This document shows positions 25,524-34,373 of a stretch of DNA of 64,000 nucleotides, in pieces. Positions within the stretch are counted from its first letter, which is position 1, and each line of letters starts with the position of its first letter. Made by a program: the position numbers and the translations under genes. Below the pieces are notes generated by a model. It was given only the letters and a program-made list of their open reading frames with translations, searched no databases and was not told the DNA's origin. The DNA comes from an uncultured Actinomycetota bacterium (lineage in GTDB: Bacteria; Actinomycetota; Actinomycetes; Mycobacteriales; Pseudonocardiaceae), in the NCBI GenBank assembly GCA_963766045.1, contig CAVXYN010000001.1:3004-67003 (forward strand), in the 5' to 3' direction.

Positions 25524-26515
25524 TCCTCGCCGACTTCCCCCGCCGGCCACTGCTGCTGGGCCCCTCCCCCATTCACCCGCTCGAACGGCTCACCGCGCAT
25601 CTCGGCGGCGCGACGGTCTGGGCGAAACGCGAGGACCTCAACTCCGGCCTGGCCTTCGGCGGCAACAAGACCCGGAAACTGGAGTACCTGGTCGCCGACG
25701 CGCTCGCCGCCGGCGCGGACACACTGATCTCCATCGGCGGCGTGCAGTCCAACCACACCCGCCAGGTCGCCGCGGCCGCCGCACGGACGGGGCTGAAGGC
25801 CGTGCTGGTCCAGGAAAGCTGGGTCGACTGGCACGATCCCCTGTACAACAGGGTCGGCAACATCCAGCTGTCCCGCATCCTCGGCGCCGACATCCGGATG
25901 GTCGACGCGGGTTTCGGTGTCGGCTTCAAGGAGAGCTGGGAGAACGCGGTCAAGGAGATCGAGGCGGCAGGCGGCAAGCCGTATGCCATCCCGGCGGGCG
26001 GTTCGGATCACCGCCTCGGCGGTCTCGGCTTCGCGAACTGGATCGTCGAACTCGAGGCACAGGAAGCAGAACTCGGGATCTTCTTCGACACGATCATCGT
26101 CTGCTCGGTGACCGGCAGCACGCAGGCCGGGATGATCGCGGGCGCAGCGCTTTCCGGGAAACCACGGCGGATCGTCGGCATCGACGGCTCCGCGAAACCG
26201 GCCGAGACCCGCGACCAGATCACCCGCATCGCACGGGCGACCGCGGAACTGATCGGCGCCGGCGAGCCGGAGAAGGTCGAGCTCGACGAGCGGTACCACG
26301 CCGGGATCTACGGCATCCCCGACGAGTCCACAGTGGACGCCATCCACACGCTCGCGCGGCTCGAAGGTGTGCTCACGGACCCGGTATACGAAGGGAAGTC
26401 CATGGCCGGGCTGATCGACATGGTCGGGAGCGGCGAGATCTCCCGCGACTCCAACGTCCTCTTCGCCCACTTGGGCGGCCAGCCCGCTCTGAACGGCTAC
26501 ACGAGCGTCCTCTGA
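25520..26515 (+). CDS. acdS: 1-aminocyclopropane-1-carboxylate deaminase
   Basis: GTG 25520 overlaps the GntR stop (GTGA). The motifs [13 protein letters not shown] (PLP lysine), [18 protein letters not shown] and [11 protein letters not shown] are present. The YE and HLGG contexts are those I recall distinguishing ACC deaminases from D-cysteine desulfhydrases. Confidence 0.8.
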   Translation: MILADFPRRPLLLGPSPIHPLERLTAHLGGATVWAKREDLNSGLAFGGNKTRKLEYLVADALAAGADTLISIGGVQSNHTRQVAAAAARTGLKAVLVQESWVDWHDPLYNRVGNIQLSRILGADIRMVDAGFGVGFKESWENAVKEIEAAGGKPYAIPAGGSDHRLGGLGFANWIVELEAQEAELGIFFDTIIVCSVTGSTQAGMIAGAALSGKPRRIVGIDGSAKPAETRDQITRIARATAELIGAGEPEKVELDERYHAGIYGIPDESTVDAIHTLARLEGVLTDPVYEGKSMAGLIDMVGSGEISRDSNVLFAHLGGQPALNGYTSVL

Positions 26516-26523
26516 CCACCGGA

Positions 26524-26578
26524 TGTTATGAAAGGACCCTTCCTAACAGAATCTGTTAGGAAGGGTCCTTTCATAACA
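26524..26578. repeat. Family-A perfect 55-nt palindrome
   Basis: TGTTATGAAAGGACCCTTCCTAACAGA-A-TCTGTTAGGAAGGGTCCTTTCATAACA has perfect 27-bp arms. It lies between the convergent acdS and ridA genes. Confidence 0.9.
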
Positions 26579-26585
26579 CACGCGA

Positions 26586-26969
26586 CTAGTCCACCACGGC
26601 GAGTACGTCGATCTCGACCAGGAGACCGGCAGGAAGGCCGACGTAGACGGTGGTGCGGGCCGGGTGCGGCGCGTCCCCGATCAGCTTGTTGTAGACCTCG
26701 TTGAACGCGCCGAAGTGGTCGACGTCGGTCAGGTACACGCGCACCATCATCGCGTCGGCCAGGCTCGAACCGGCGGCCTCGAGCACGGCCTCGATGTTCT
26801 TGAACGTCTGCTCCGTCTGCTCACCGACGGTGTCCCCGACGATGGCGCCGGTGGCCGGGTCGAAGGCGACCTGGCCGGCCACCTGCAGGATGTTGCCCTT
26901 GCGGACCGCCTGCGAGAACGCGGCCACCGGCTTAGGCGCGTTCTCCGTGCTGATCGCGGTCTTGCCCAT
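26586..26969 (-). CDS. RidA (YjgF/TdcF) family reactive-intermediate deaminase
   Basis: MGKTAISTENAPKPVAAFSQAVRKGNILQVAGQVAFDP...ARTTVYVGLPAGLLVEIDVLAVV is a typical RidA sequence. ATG 26969 lies inside ORF 26586..26999. Confidence 0.9.
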   Translation of the reverse strand: MGKTAISTENAPKPVAAFSQAVRKGNILQVAGQVAFDPATGAIVGDTVGEQTEQTFKNIEAVLEAAGSSLADAMMVRVYLTDVDHFGAFNEVYNKLIGDAPHPARTTVYVGLPAGLLVEIDVLAVVD

Positions 26970-26974
26970 TCGAA

Positions 26975-27730
26975 CTACCCCTTTCGGTTCCCCGTCCATC
27001 CACTGTGGACGGAAGCTTCCTCGGTCGCGGCGACCAGCTCGGGCACGAGCGCGAGCAGGCCGTCATAGTCGAGCAGTACCTTCGGCACCGACATCGACGC
27101 GGCGGCGAGCACCACCCCACCCGGTCCGCGGACCGGAGCGGCGATGCAGTGGATGAAGTCCTCGTGCTCGGCATTGTCCACCGCGTAGCCGCGTTCGGCG
27201 ACGAGCGAAAGTTCGGTCTCGTACGCCTCAGGCGTGGTGATCGTGTTCGGCGTGCGGACGGCGTAGTCGATCTTCTTGACGACGTCCGCGCGCTCGTGGG
27301 GAACCATCGCAGCGACGAGCACCTTGCCGACGGCGGTGCAGTGCAACGGCGCGCGTTTGCCGATGCGCGAGTACATCCGTACCGAATGCCGTCCCTCGAA
27401 CTTGTCGATGTAGACGACCTCACCGTCCTCATAGGACGCGAGGTGCACGGTGTGCCCGGTCCGCGAGTTGAGCCCGGCGAGCGCGGACTGCGCGCTGCGG
27501 CGGACATCGCGGTCCTCCAGCGCCTGCTGCGCGAGATCGAAGAGGGCACTGCCGAGACGGTAGTACCTGGCCCCTTCACGCCGCACGAAATGATGGGACT
27601 CGAGCGTGCGCAGCAACCGCAGCACGGTCGACTTGTGCACGCCGATCTCTTCCGCAAGCTGATCCAGCGTCTTCGCCTCGCGGGCGAGCCCGGTCAGCAG
27701 AGTGAGCGCGCGGTCCAAGCTTTGACTCAT
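26975..27730 (-). CDS. IclR-family transcriptional regulator (KdgR-like)
   Basis: MSQSLDRALTLLTGLAREAKTLDQLAEEIGVHKSTVLRLLRTLESHHFV is followed by an IclR effector domain. ATG 27730 overlaps the kinase stop. Confidence 0.9.
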   Translation of the reverse strand: MSQSLDRALTLLTGLAREAKTLDQLAEEIGVHKSTVLRLLRTLESHHFVRREGARYYRLGSALFDLAQQALEDRDVRRSAQSALAGLNSRTGHTVHLASYEDGEVVYIDKFEGRHSVRMYSRIGKRAPLHCTAVGKVLVAAMVPHERADVVKKIDYAVRTPNTITTPEAYETELSLVAERGYAVDNAEHEDFIHCIAAPVRGPGGVVLAAASMSVPKVLLDYDGLLALVPELVAATEEASVHSGWTGNRKG

Positions 27731-28707
27731 GCGCCCACCAATCCCTTGTCGGTCAGCTTCGCCGCGGCCCACGCCGCCGCGTCGGCCCCGATCAGGGCCT
27801 CCACAACGGTTTCCGGGAGTGGCGTTCCCACGTCGTCGTGGGTGAGCAGGGTGGCCGCGGCCTGCAGATGCCCGCGCCGCAGCCGGGTCGCGGGATCGTC
27901 TCCGCGCAGGGTCGCCGCGAGGAAACCGGCGGCGAACGCGTCTCCGGCACCGACCGGCTCCACGACGTCGACCTGCAGAGCCGGCGCGAAGACCGGTGGC
28001 TCGTTTCCTTCGACCAAGGTCGCGCCGCGTTCCCCGTGCTTGACCACCAGCGTCATCGGCCCCGGCACCGCGGCGCGCAGCCGCACCGGATCCCCGGTCC
28101 CCCACACCTGGACGGCTTCATCGTCACCGGTGAGGACGATGTCCGCACGGTCGGCGAGTTCGGCCAGCACGGCGGTGTCGCGCCCGGCCCACAGCGCGGG
28201 CCGGAAGTTGACGTCGAACGACACAAGCGTCTCGCCACGGGGGCGATCCATCAGCTCCCGGACCAGGTCCAGACAACCGGTCGAGAGCGCCGGCGTGATC
28301 CCGGACAGGTGGATGACGCGCACCCCGTCGAGCTGGAGTTCCGACAACAGTTCGGGACCCATCCCGGACGCGGCCGACCCCTTCCGGTAGTACCGCACCG
28401 GGCTGCCGTGGGCGCCGCTTTCCTTGATGTAGAGCCCGGTCGGCCGGGACGGATCGACGGCGACGGCACTCACGTCGACCCCCGCCGCGGCGATCTCACG
28501 GACCAGCGCGCGCCCGAACGGGTCGTCCCCGACAGCGCTCACCCACGCGCTGGAAAGCCCCAGCGCCGGCAGGTGGCAAGCGACGTTCGACTCGGCTCCG
28601 CCAATGGTCCGCATCCACTTCCGAACCTGATCGGGCGGCCCGGATTCGGCCGGTACGAACAAGGCCATCGACTCCCCGATGCACAACACGTCGGGCGCGT
28701 TCGTCAC
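27727..28707 (-). CDS. kdgK: PfkB-family sugar-acid kinase, 2-dehydro-3-deoxygluconokinase-like
   Basis: 326 aa, starting VLCIGESMALF and with GGAESNVA and the C-terminal VGAGDAFAAGF motif. Substrate assignment rests on family resemblance and genomic context. Confidence 0.75.
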   Translation of the reverse strand: MTNAPDVLCIGESMALFVPAESGPPDQVRKWMRTIGGAESNVACHLPALGLSSAWVSAVGDDPFGRALVREIAAAGVDVSAVAVDPSRPTGLYIKESGAHGSPVRYYRKGSAASGMGPELLSELQLDGVRVIHLSGITPALSTGCLDLVRELMDRPRGETLVSFDVNFRPALWAGRDTAVLAELADRADIVLTGDDEAVQVWGTGDPVRLRAAVPGPMTLVVKHGERGATLVEGNEPPVFAPALQVDVVEPVGAGDAFAAGFLAATLRGDDPATRLRRGHLQAAATLLTHDDVGTPLPETVVEALIGADAAAWAAAKLTDKGLVGA

Positions 28708-28827
28708 TTCCGCGTCTCCCTATCAACACCGTTGTCACCCCGTTGACCTCTAGCGACCCGGATGCTACACCTATCCCACGCAATATGCGCAACGTCCGTT
28801 GCAACATACGCAACCGAGGTGAACCTC

Positions 28828-30141
28828 ATGCCCCAGCTCGAAGCCGGCACGATCGACCCCGCCGCGGTCGCGGCCGTCCGGGAAGAGCGGATCGACTGGC
28901 GCTTCCGGTCCGTGGCACCGTCGCTGTCCGGGCTCACCCTCGGAGAAGCCGCCTCCCGCGGCGCGAAGCTGTTCGACGACGGGTTCCTCGGCCCGTTCGT
29001 GGTCCTCGACGGCGAAGCCATCGAGCACAACCTCCGCACAATGGCGAACTGGTGCGCCGCAAGGGGAATCGCCCTCGCGCCGCACGGCAAGACGACGATG
29101 GCCCCGCAGCTGTTCGAGCGCCAGCTCGCGCACGGCGCCTGGGGCATCACCGCGGCCAACGCCGGCCACCTGCGGATCTACCGCGCCTTCGGGGTTTCCC
29201 GGATCCTCCTCGCGAATCAGCTGCTGGACCCGTCGGGGTTGCGCTGGCTCGCCGGCGAACTCGACGCCGACCCGGACTTCGAATTCGTCTGCTGGGTCGA
29301 CTCGGTCCGCGGCGTCGAGCTGATGACCGAGGCACTGAGCGGAGCCAGCCGCAGGGTGGACGTCCTGGTCGAACTCGGCGCCGACGGCGGCCGCACGGGT
29401 GTCCGCGACACCGCCACCGCGCTCGCCGTCGCCGAGGCCGCGCACGCGAGTCCGGCCCTTCGGCTGCGCGGGACCGGCGGCTACGAGGGTGCGCTTTCCC
29501 ACCACACCGACGAATCCTCACTCCGGCTGATCAGTTCCTATGTGGACGGTCTGCGTGAGCTGGTGGTCTCGTTCGCGGACAAGGGACTGCTCGACGACGC
29601 CGGGCAGATCATCGTGACGGGCGGCGGGAGCGCGTACTTCGACCGCGTCGCCGACGAACTCACCAAGGACTGGCCGGACGGGCTCGACGTACTGCCGATC
29701 CTGCGCAGCGGTGCCTACGTGACCCACGACGACGGTTTCTACCGCGTGATCTCACCGCTCGGCGAGCACCCTCGCATCGCCGGTGTCGACTCGTTCCATT
29801 CCGCGCTGCGCGCCTGGGCGCAGGTGACGTCGAAGCCTTCGGACGAACTGGCGCTGCTCACCATCGGCAAACGCGACGCGTCCTTCGATGAAGGAATGCC
29901 CGAACCGCGACTGATCCGCAAATCCGGTGGCCCGCCCGCTGTGCTCGAGGCTCACACCATCGAGAAGATGAACGACCAGCACGCCTTCCTCACCCTGCCG
30001 GTTTCGTCGCCGGTGGAGGTCGGTGACTGGATCGGTCTCGGCCTGTCGCATCCGTGCACCGTTTTCGACAAATGGCCCCTCATTCCCGTCGTCGGTCCCG
30101 ACGGCGAAACCGTATTCGATTTCGTCCGCACGCATTTCTGA
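28828..30141 (+). CDS. fold-type-III PLP enzyme (alanine-racemase-N / D-serine-dehydratase-like amino-acid deaminase)
   Basis: ATG 28828 follows GAGGTG. APHGKTTMAP is a PLP-lysine context like those of D-Thr aldolase and D-Ser dehydratase. A C-terminal beta domain is present. Confidence 0.65.
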   Translation: MPQLEAGTIDPAAVAAVREERIDWRFRSVAPSLSGLTLGEAASRGAKLFDDGFLGPFVVLDGEAIEHNLRTMANWCAARGIALAPHGKTTMAPQLFERQLAHGAWGITAANAGHLRIYRAFGVSRILLANQLLDPSGLRWLAGELDADPDFEFVCWVDSVRGVELMTEALSGASRRVDVLVELGADGGRTGVRDTATALAVAEAAHASPALRLRGTGGYEGALSHHTDESSLRLISSYVDGLRELVVSFADKGLLDDAGQIIVTGGGSAYFDRVADELTKDWPDGLDVLPILRSGAYVTHDDGFYRVISPLGEHPRIAGVDSFHSALRAWAQVTSKPSDELALLTIGKRDASFDEGMPEPRLIRKSGGPPAVLEAHTIEKMNDQHAFLTLPVSSPVEVGDWIGLGLSHPCTVFDKWPLIPVVGPDGETVFDFVRTHF

Positions 30142-30174
30142 TCCATCCTCACCCGCCGCAGAGGAAGAATCACC

Positions 30175-31770
30175 ATGGACATCGTGTTCCGTTCAGCGCT
30201 GGTCGCCGACGGCACCGGCGATCCGATCACCAGACACGACGTGGGAATCTCCGACGGACGCATCGCCAGCGTCGCCGAAGCCCGCTCCCTGGCCGGCCGC
30301 CGCACCATCGACGCCGAAGGACTCGTGCTCGCGCCCGGGTTCATCGACATGCATTCCCATTCGGATCTGCAGCTGCTCGCCAAACCGGATCACCTCGCCA
30401 AGATCTCGCAAGGTGTCACGACCGAAGTCCTCGGGCAGGACGGGCTTTCCTACGCCCCGGTCAACGACGACGTGCTCGTCGCGCTGCGCCAGCAGCTGGC
30501 CGGGTGGAACGACGACCCCGACGGATTCGACTGGAATTGGCGCTCGGTCGGCGAGTACCTGGACCGGCTCGACGCCGGGGTCGCGGTCAACGCCGCGTAT
30601 CTCGTGCCGCAGGGCACGGTCCGGATGCTCACAGTCGGCTGGGACGACCGGCCCGCGACCGATGCCGAAATGACCGCGATGAAGGAGCTCATCGCGACCA
30701 GCCTCGCCGAAGGCGCGATGGGGATGTCGTCCGGGCTCACCTACACCCCCGGAATGTACGCGAGTACCGACGAACTCATCGAGCTGTGCCAGGTCGTCGG
30801 CGAGAACGGTGGCTTCTACAGCCCGCATCACCGCAGCTACGGCAAGGGCGCGCTCGAGGCCTTCGGTGAGATGGTCGACGTCTCCCGGCGGTCCGGCTGC
30901 CCGCTGCACCTCGCGCACGCCACGATGAACTTCTCGGTGAACAAGGGAAAGGCTCCTCAGCTGCTGGAGCTGCTCGACCAGGCGCTCGACGACGGCTGCG
31001 ACATCTCCCTCGACACCTATCCCTATCTTCCCGGCGCCACCTACCTTTCGGCGCTGCTGCCGAGCTGGTCGACCGAAGGCGGACTCGACGCCACGCTCGC
31101 CCGGCTGTCCGATGTGGACACCCGTGAACGGATCCGTGCCGAGATCGAGGAAACCGGCTCGGACGGCGCGCACGGCGTGCCGATCGACTGGGAGTCCATC
31201 GAGATCAACGGGGTCCGGCGGGACGAGAACTCCCACCTGGTCGGACATTCCGTCGCCGCCTCGGCCACGAAGGCCGGGCGCCCGGCCTCGGAGCTGTACT
31301 TCGACGTCCTTCTCTCGGAAAAACTCGGCACCTCGTGCCTGATGCACGTGGGGCATGAGGAGAACGTCCAGGCGATCATGCGGCACCGCACCCACACCGG
31401 CGGCAGCGACGGCCTGCTCGTCGGCGCGCGGCCGCATCCTCGGGCCTGGGGCACGTTCCCGCGCTACCTCGCGCGCTACGTCCGCGAACTCGGTGTGCTC
31501 GAACTCGCCGAATGCGTTTCCCACCTCACCGGCCGCGCGGCAGAGCGCCTGCGGCTGGACGACCGTGGTCTCGTCCGCGCCGGTTACGCCGCGGATCTGG
31601 TGCTGTTCGACCCCGACACGGTCGCCGACACCGCCACGTTCGACAACCCGCGGCAGCAGGCCGCCGGTATCCCCTATGTCTTCGTCAACGGTGTCGCCGC
31701 CATCGACGATGGTCAACCGACCGGCGCCCTCGCCGGCCATTCACTGCGGAACCCCGGGAGGGCCCGATGA
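30175..31770 (+). CDS. D-aminoacylase family amidohydrolase (N-acyl-D-amino-acid deacylase-like)
   Basis: 531 aa with GFIDMHSHSD, GVTTEV, LHLAHAT, DTYPY, GGSDG and HPRAWGTFPRYL, a motif pattern typical of D-aminoacylases. Confidence 0.85.
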   Translation: MDIVFRSALVADGTGDPITRHDVGISDGRIASVAEARSLAGRRTIDAEGLVLAPGFIDMHSHSDLQLLAKPDHLAKISQGVTTEVLGQDGLSYAPVNDDVLVALRQQLAGWNDDPDGFDWNWRSVGEYLDRLDAGVAVNAAYLVPQGTVRMLTVGWDDRPATDAEMTAMKELIATSLAEGAMGMSSGLTYTPGMYASTDELIELCQVVGENGGFYSPHHRSYGKGALEAFGEMVDVSRRSGCPLHLAHATMNFSVNKGKAPQLLELLDQALDDGCDISLDTYPYLPGATYLSALLPSWSTEGGLDATLARLSDVDTRERIRAEIEETGSDGAHGVPIDWESIEINGVRRDENSHLVGHSVAASATKAGRPASELYFDVLLSEKLGTSCLMHVGHEENVQAIMRHRTHTGGSDGLLVGARPHPRAWGTFPRYLARYVRELGVLELAECVSHLTGRAAERLRLDDRGLVRAGYAADLVLFDPDTVADTATFDNPRQQAAGIPYVFVNGVAAIDDGQPTGALAGHSLRNPGRAR

Positions 31771-33155
31771 TCGACTGGCTCCAACATTCGACGGGAGGTC
31801 TCCTGACCCTCGCCGCCGTCTCGATCGCCGTCCTGCTGCTGCTCATCATCAAGGTCAAGCTCGAACCGTTCATCGCGCTGATCGTGGTGGGTCTGCTGAC
31901 CGCGCTGGCCGCGGGTCTCCCGGTCATCCAGATCGTCGGCTCCGCTCAGAAGGCGTCGGATTCGCTGCTGGAGAAGGGTTTCGGCGGAATCCTCGGGCAT
32001 ATCGCCGCGATCATCGGCCTCGGCACCATCCTCGGGTCCATTTTGGAACGATCCGGTGGGGCGAAAGTGCTCACCGGAGCCCTGCTGCGAGGCTTCGGGG
32101 AAAAGCGTGCGCCGCTCGCGATGGGTCTCGCCGGCTTCATCTTCGGCATCCCGGTCTTCTTCGACATCGGCATCTTCGTGCTGGCGCCGCTGGTCTACGT
32201 CGCCGCCAAACAGGGCGGCCGCTCGCTGGTGCTCTACACGATGCCGCTGCTGGCAGGCCTTTCGATCACGCACGCGTTCCTGCCGCCGCACCCCGGCCCG
32301 GTGGCCGCGGCCGGTCTGCTGCACGTCGAACTGGGCTGGATCATCCTGATGGGCCTCGTCTGCGGTATCCCGGCCTTCCTGGTCGGCGGCGTGGCGTTCT
32401 CCACGTGGATCGGCAAACGCGTCGACGTGGCGGTTCCGGAGGAATTCCTGGTCGCCGAAGAAGAAGGCGAGAAGGAAGAGAACCCGCCGTCGCTCGGCCT
32501 CGTGTTCTCGATCATCGCGATCCCGCTGGTCCTGATCCTCGCCGGCACGTTCGGCAGCATCTGGTTGCCGAAGGGCTCGTTCCTCGCCGGTGTGGCCGCG
32601 TTCATCGGTACCCCGGCCGTCGCACTGACGGTCTCGGTGCTGCTCGCGTTCTGGCTGCTTGGCCTGCGGCGCGGACTGACCGGCAAGGACCTGAGCGAGC
32701 TGTCCTCGAAGTCGCTCCGGCCGGTCGCGATGATCCTGCTGGTGGTCGGCGCGGGCGCGTTCTTCGGCGCGGTGCTGTCCGCGACCGGGATCGGCACCGC
32801 GGTGGCCGGTTCCCTCAAGGGCGCCGGACTTCCGGTCATCGTCGCCGCCTACGTGATCAGTTGCGGGCTGAGGATCGCGCAAGGTTCGGCGACCGTGGCG
32901 ATCGTGACCACGAGCGGCATCATCGCGCCGACCGTGGCAGGGCTCGGGTACTCGCAGATCCAGCTCGCCCTGCTGGTCGTCGCGATCTCAGCCGGGTCGA
33001 TCATCGCCTCGCACGTGAACGACGGTGGCTTCTGGATCATCTCGCGGTACTTCAACCTGACCGTGCCGCAGACCCTGAAAACCTGGACCGCACTGGAAAC
33101 CGTCCTTTCCGTTTCCGGTTTCGGCGTGGCAGCATTGCTGATGGCAGTGGTTTAA
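31767..33155 (+). CDS. GntP-family sugar-acid:H+ symporter
   Basis: ATG 31767 overlaps the previous stop (ATGA). The protein is about 462 aa, polytopic and hydrophobic, with GntP-like segments (FIALIVVGLL.., GFGGILGHIAAIIGLGTILG). Confidence 0.85.
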   Translation: MIDWLQHSTGGLLTLAAVSIAVLLLLIIKVKLEPFIALIVVGLLTALAAGLPVIQIVGSAQKASDSLLEKGFGGILGHIAAIIGLGTILGSILERSGGAKVLTGALLRGFGEKRAPLAMGLAGFIFGIPVFFDIGIFVLAPLVYVAAKQGGRSLVLYTMPLLAGLSITHAFLPPHPGPVAAAGLLHVELGWIILMGLVCGIPAFLVGGVAFSTWIGKRVDVAVPEEFLVAEEEGEKEENPPSLGLVFSIIAIPLVLILAGTFGSIWLPKGSFLAGVAAFIGTPAVALTVSVLLAFWLLGLRRGLTGKDLSELSSKSLRPVAMILLVVGAGAFFGAVLSATGIGTAVAGSLKGAGLPVIVAAYVISCGLRIAQGSATVAIVTTSGIIAPTVAGLGYSQIQLALLVVAISAGSIIASHVNDGGFWIISRYFNLTVPQTLKTWTALETVLSVSGFGVAALLMAVV

Positions 33156-33183
33156 ACCACCCCGACCTCTGGGAGAAATCACG

Positions 33184-34311
33184 ATGACCGGACTCGATCG
33201 ACGGACCTTTCTCGGCGCAGTCGGAGCCGCCGGCCTCAGCACCGTACTCGGATCGCAGCTCGCGAGCGCTTCCGAACAATCCTGTGGACCGAAGGGAACC
33301 GGGGCCATCTACGTCAGCAGCTACACCACCACCGGGCACGGGCTCGATGTCGCTCACCGGGAAGCGAGCTCCGCGCTGGTGGTGGACCGGAACATTCCGG
33401 GGATCAGCAACGCTTCCTGGTTCGACATCAGCGCCGACCGGAAGACGCTGTACGTGACCAATGAGGACGAAGGCGGCCAGATCTCCGCGTTGAACCTGGC
33501 CGATCCGACGAAACCCCGGCTACTCAACAAGAAGTCGTCCAAGGGTCAGCACCCGACGCATCTGAGCGTGCATTCGAGCCAGAAGTACGTGCTGGCCGCG
33601 AACTACAGCAGCGGCAGCGTCGTCGTACTCCCGATCCTCGCGGGCGGGAAACTCGGCGACGTCGTCGATCTCGCCCAGCACAAGGGTGCGGAGCGCGACC
33701 CGCACGCGCACCAGGTGGTCAACGACCCCACCGGCCGGTGGGTGCTCGCGGTCGACCTCGGCGCGGATTCGGTGTACGTCTACAAACTCGACGTCGTTTC
33801 CGGGAAGCTGAAGCTGAACCAGCAGTTGAAGCTTCCCTCGGGCGCCGGGCCGCGGCACCTGGCGTTCCACCCGAACGGCCGGTACGCCTACATCCTCGGC
33901 GAGCTCCGTGCCGAAGTGACCGTCGCGGCTTGGGACCCGGCCGGCGGGACGCTGACCGCGGGCCAGGTCGTCCCGGCCGTGCCCGCGGGCACTCCGGGTG
34001 ATCAGTACCCGGGCGAGATCACGACATCCAAGGACGGCAAATTCGTCTACGCGTCGGTCCGCGGTTCCGACACGATCGCCTCGTTCGGCGTCGGTGACAG
34101 CGGGAAGTCCCTGAAGCTGCTGGGCAACGCGCCGGTCGGCGGCGTCTACCCGCGCCACATCACGCTCGACCCGACCGAAGGCTGGTTCTACGTCTCCAGC
34201 GACAAGTCCGGCACGCTCAGCTGGCTGCCTCGCGATCCCGCGACCGGCCTTCCCGGTGCGGTCGCCGGGAAACTGGCGCTCCCGCAGGTCAATTCCGTGT
34301 TCTTCTCGTGA
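33184..34311 (+). CDS. secreted 7-bladed beta-propeller lactonase (Pgl/YbhE-like)
   Basis: A Tat-type signal is present (MTGLDRRTFLGAVGAAGL). Repeated propeller motifs include HPTHLSVH, DPHAHQVV, GAGPRHLAFHPNGRYAY and YPRHITLDP. Confidence 0.75.
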   Translation: MTGLDRRTFLGAVGAAGLSTVLGSQLASASEQSCGPKGTGAIYVSSYTTTGHGLDVAHREASSALVVDRNIPGISNASWFDISADRKTLYVTNEDEGGQISALNLADPTKPRLLNKKSSKGQHPTHLSVHSSQKYVLAANYSSGSVVVLPILAGGKLGDVVDLAQHKGAERDPHAHQVVNDPTGRWVLAVDLGADSVYVYKLDVVSGKLKLNQQLKLPSGAGPRHLAFHPNGRYAYILGELRAEVTVAAWDPAGGTLTAGQVVPAVPAGTPGDQYPGEITTSKDGKFVYASVRGSDTIASFGVGDSGKSLKLLGNAPVGGVYPRHITLDPTEGWFYVSSDKSGTLSWLPRDPATGLPGAVAGKLALPQVNSVFFS

Positions 34312-34350
34312 GTGGTAATGACGGTTAGAACCGTCATTACCACTCACGAG
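34305..34350. repeat. Family-B palindrome copy A
   Basis: CTCGTGAGTGGTAATGACGGTT-AG-AACCGTCATTACCACTCACGAG has perfect 22-bp arms. The TGA stop of the lactonase gene (34309-34311) lies inside the left arm. Confidence 0.9.
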
Positions 34351-34373
34351 CCCCCCACCCAAGGAGACTTCCC

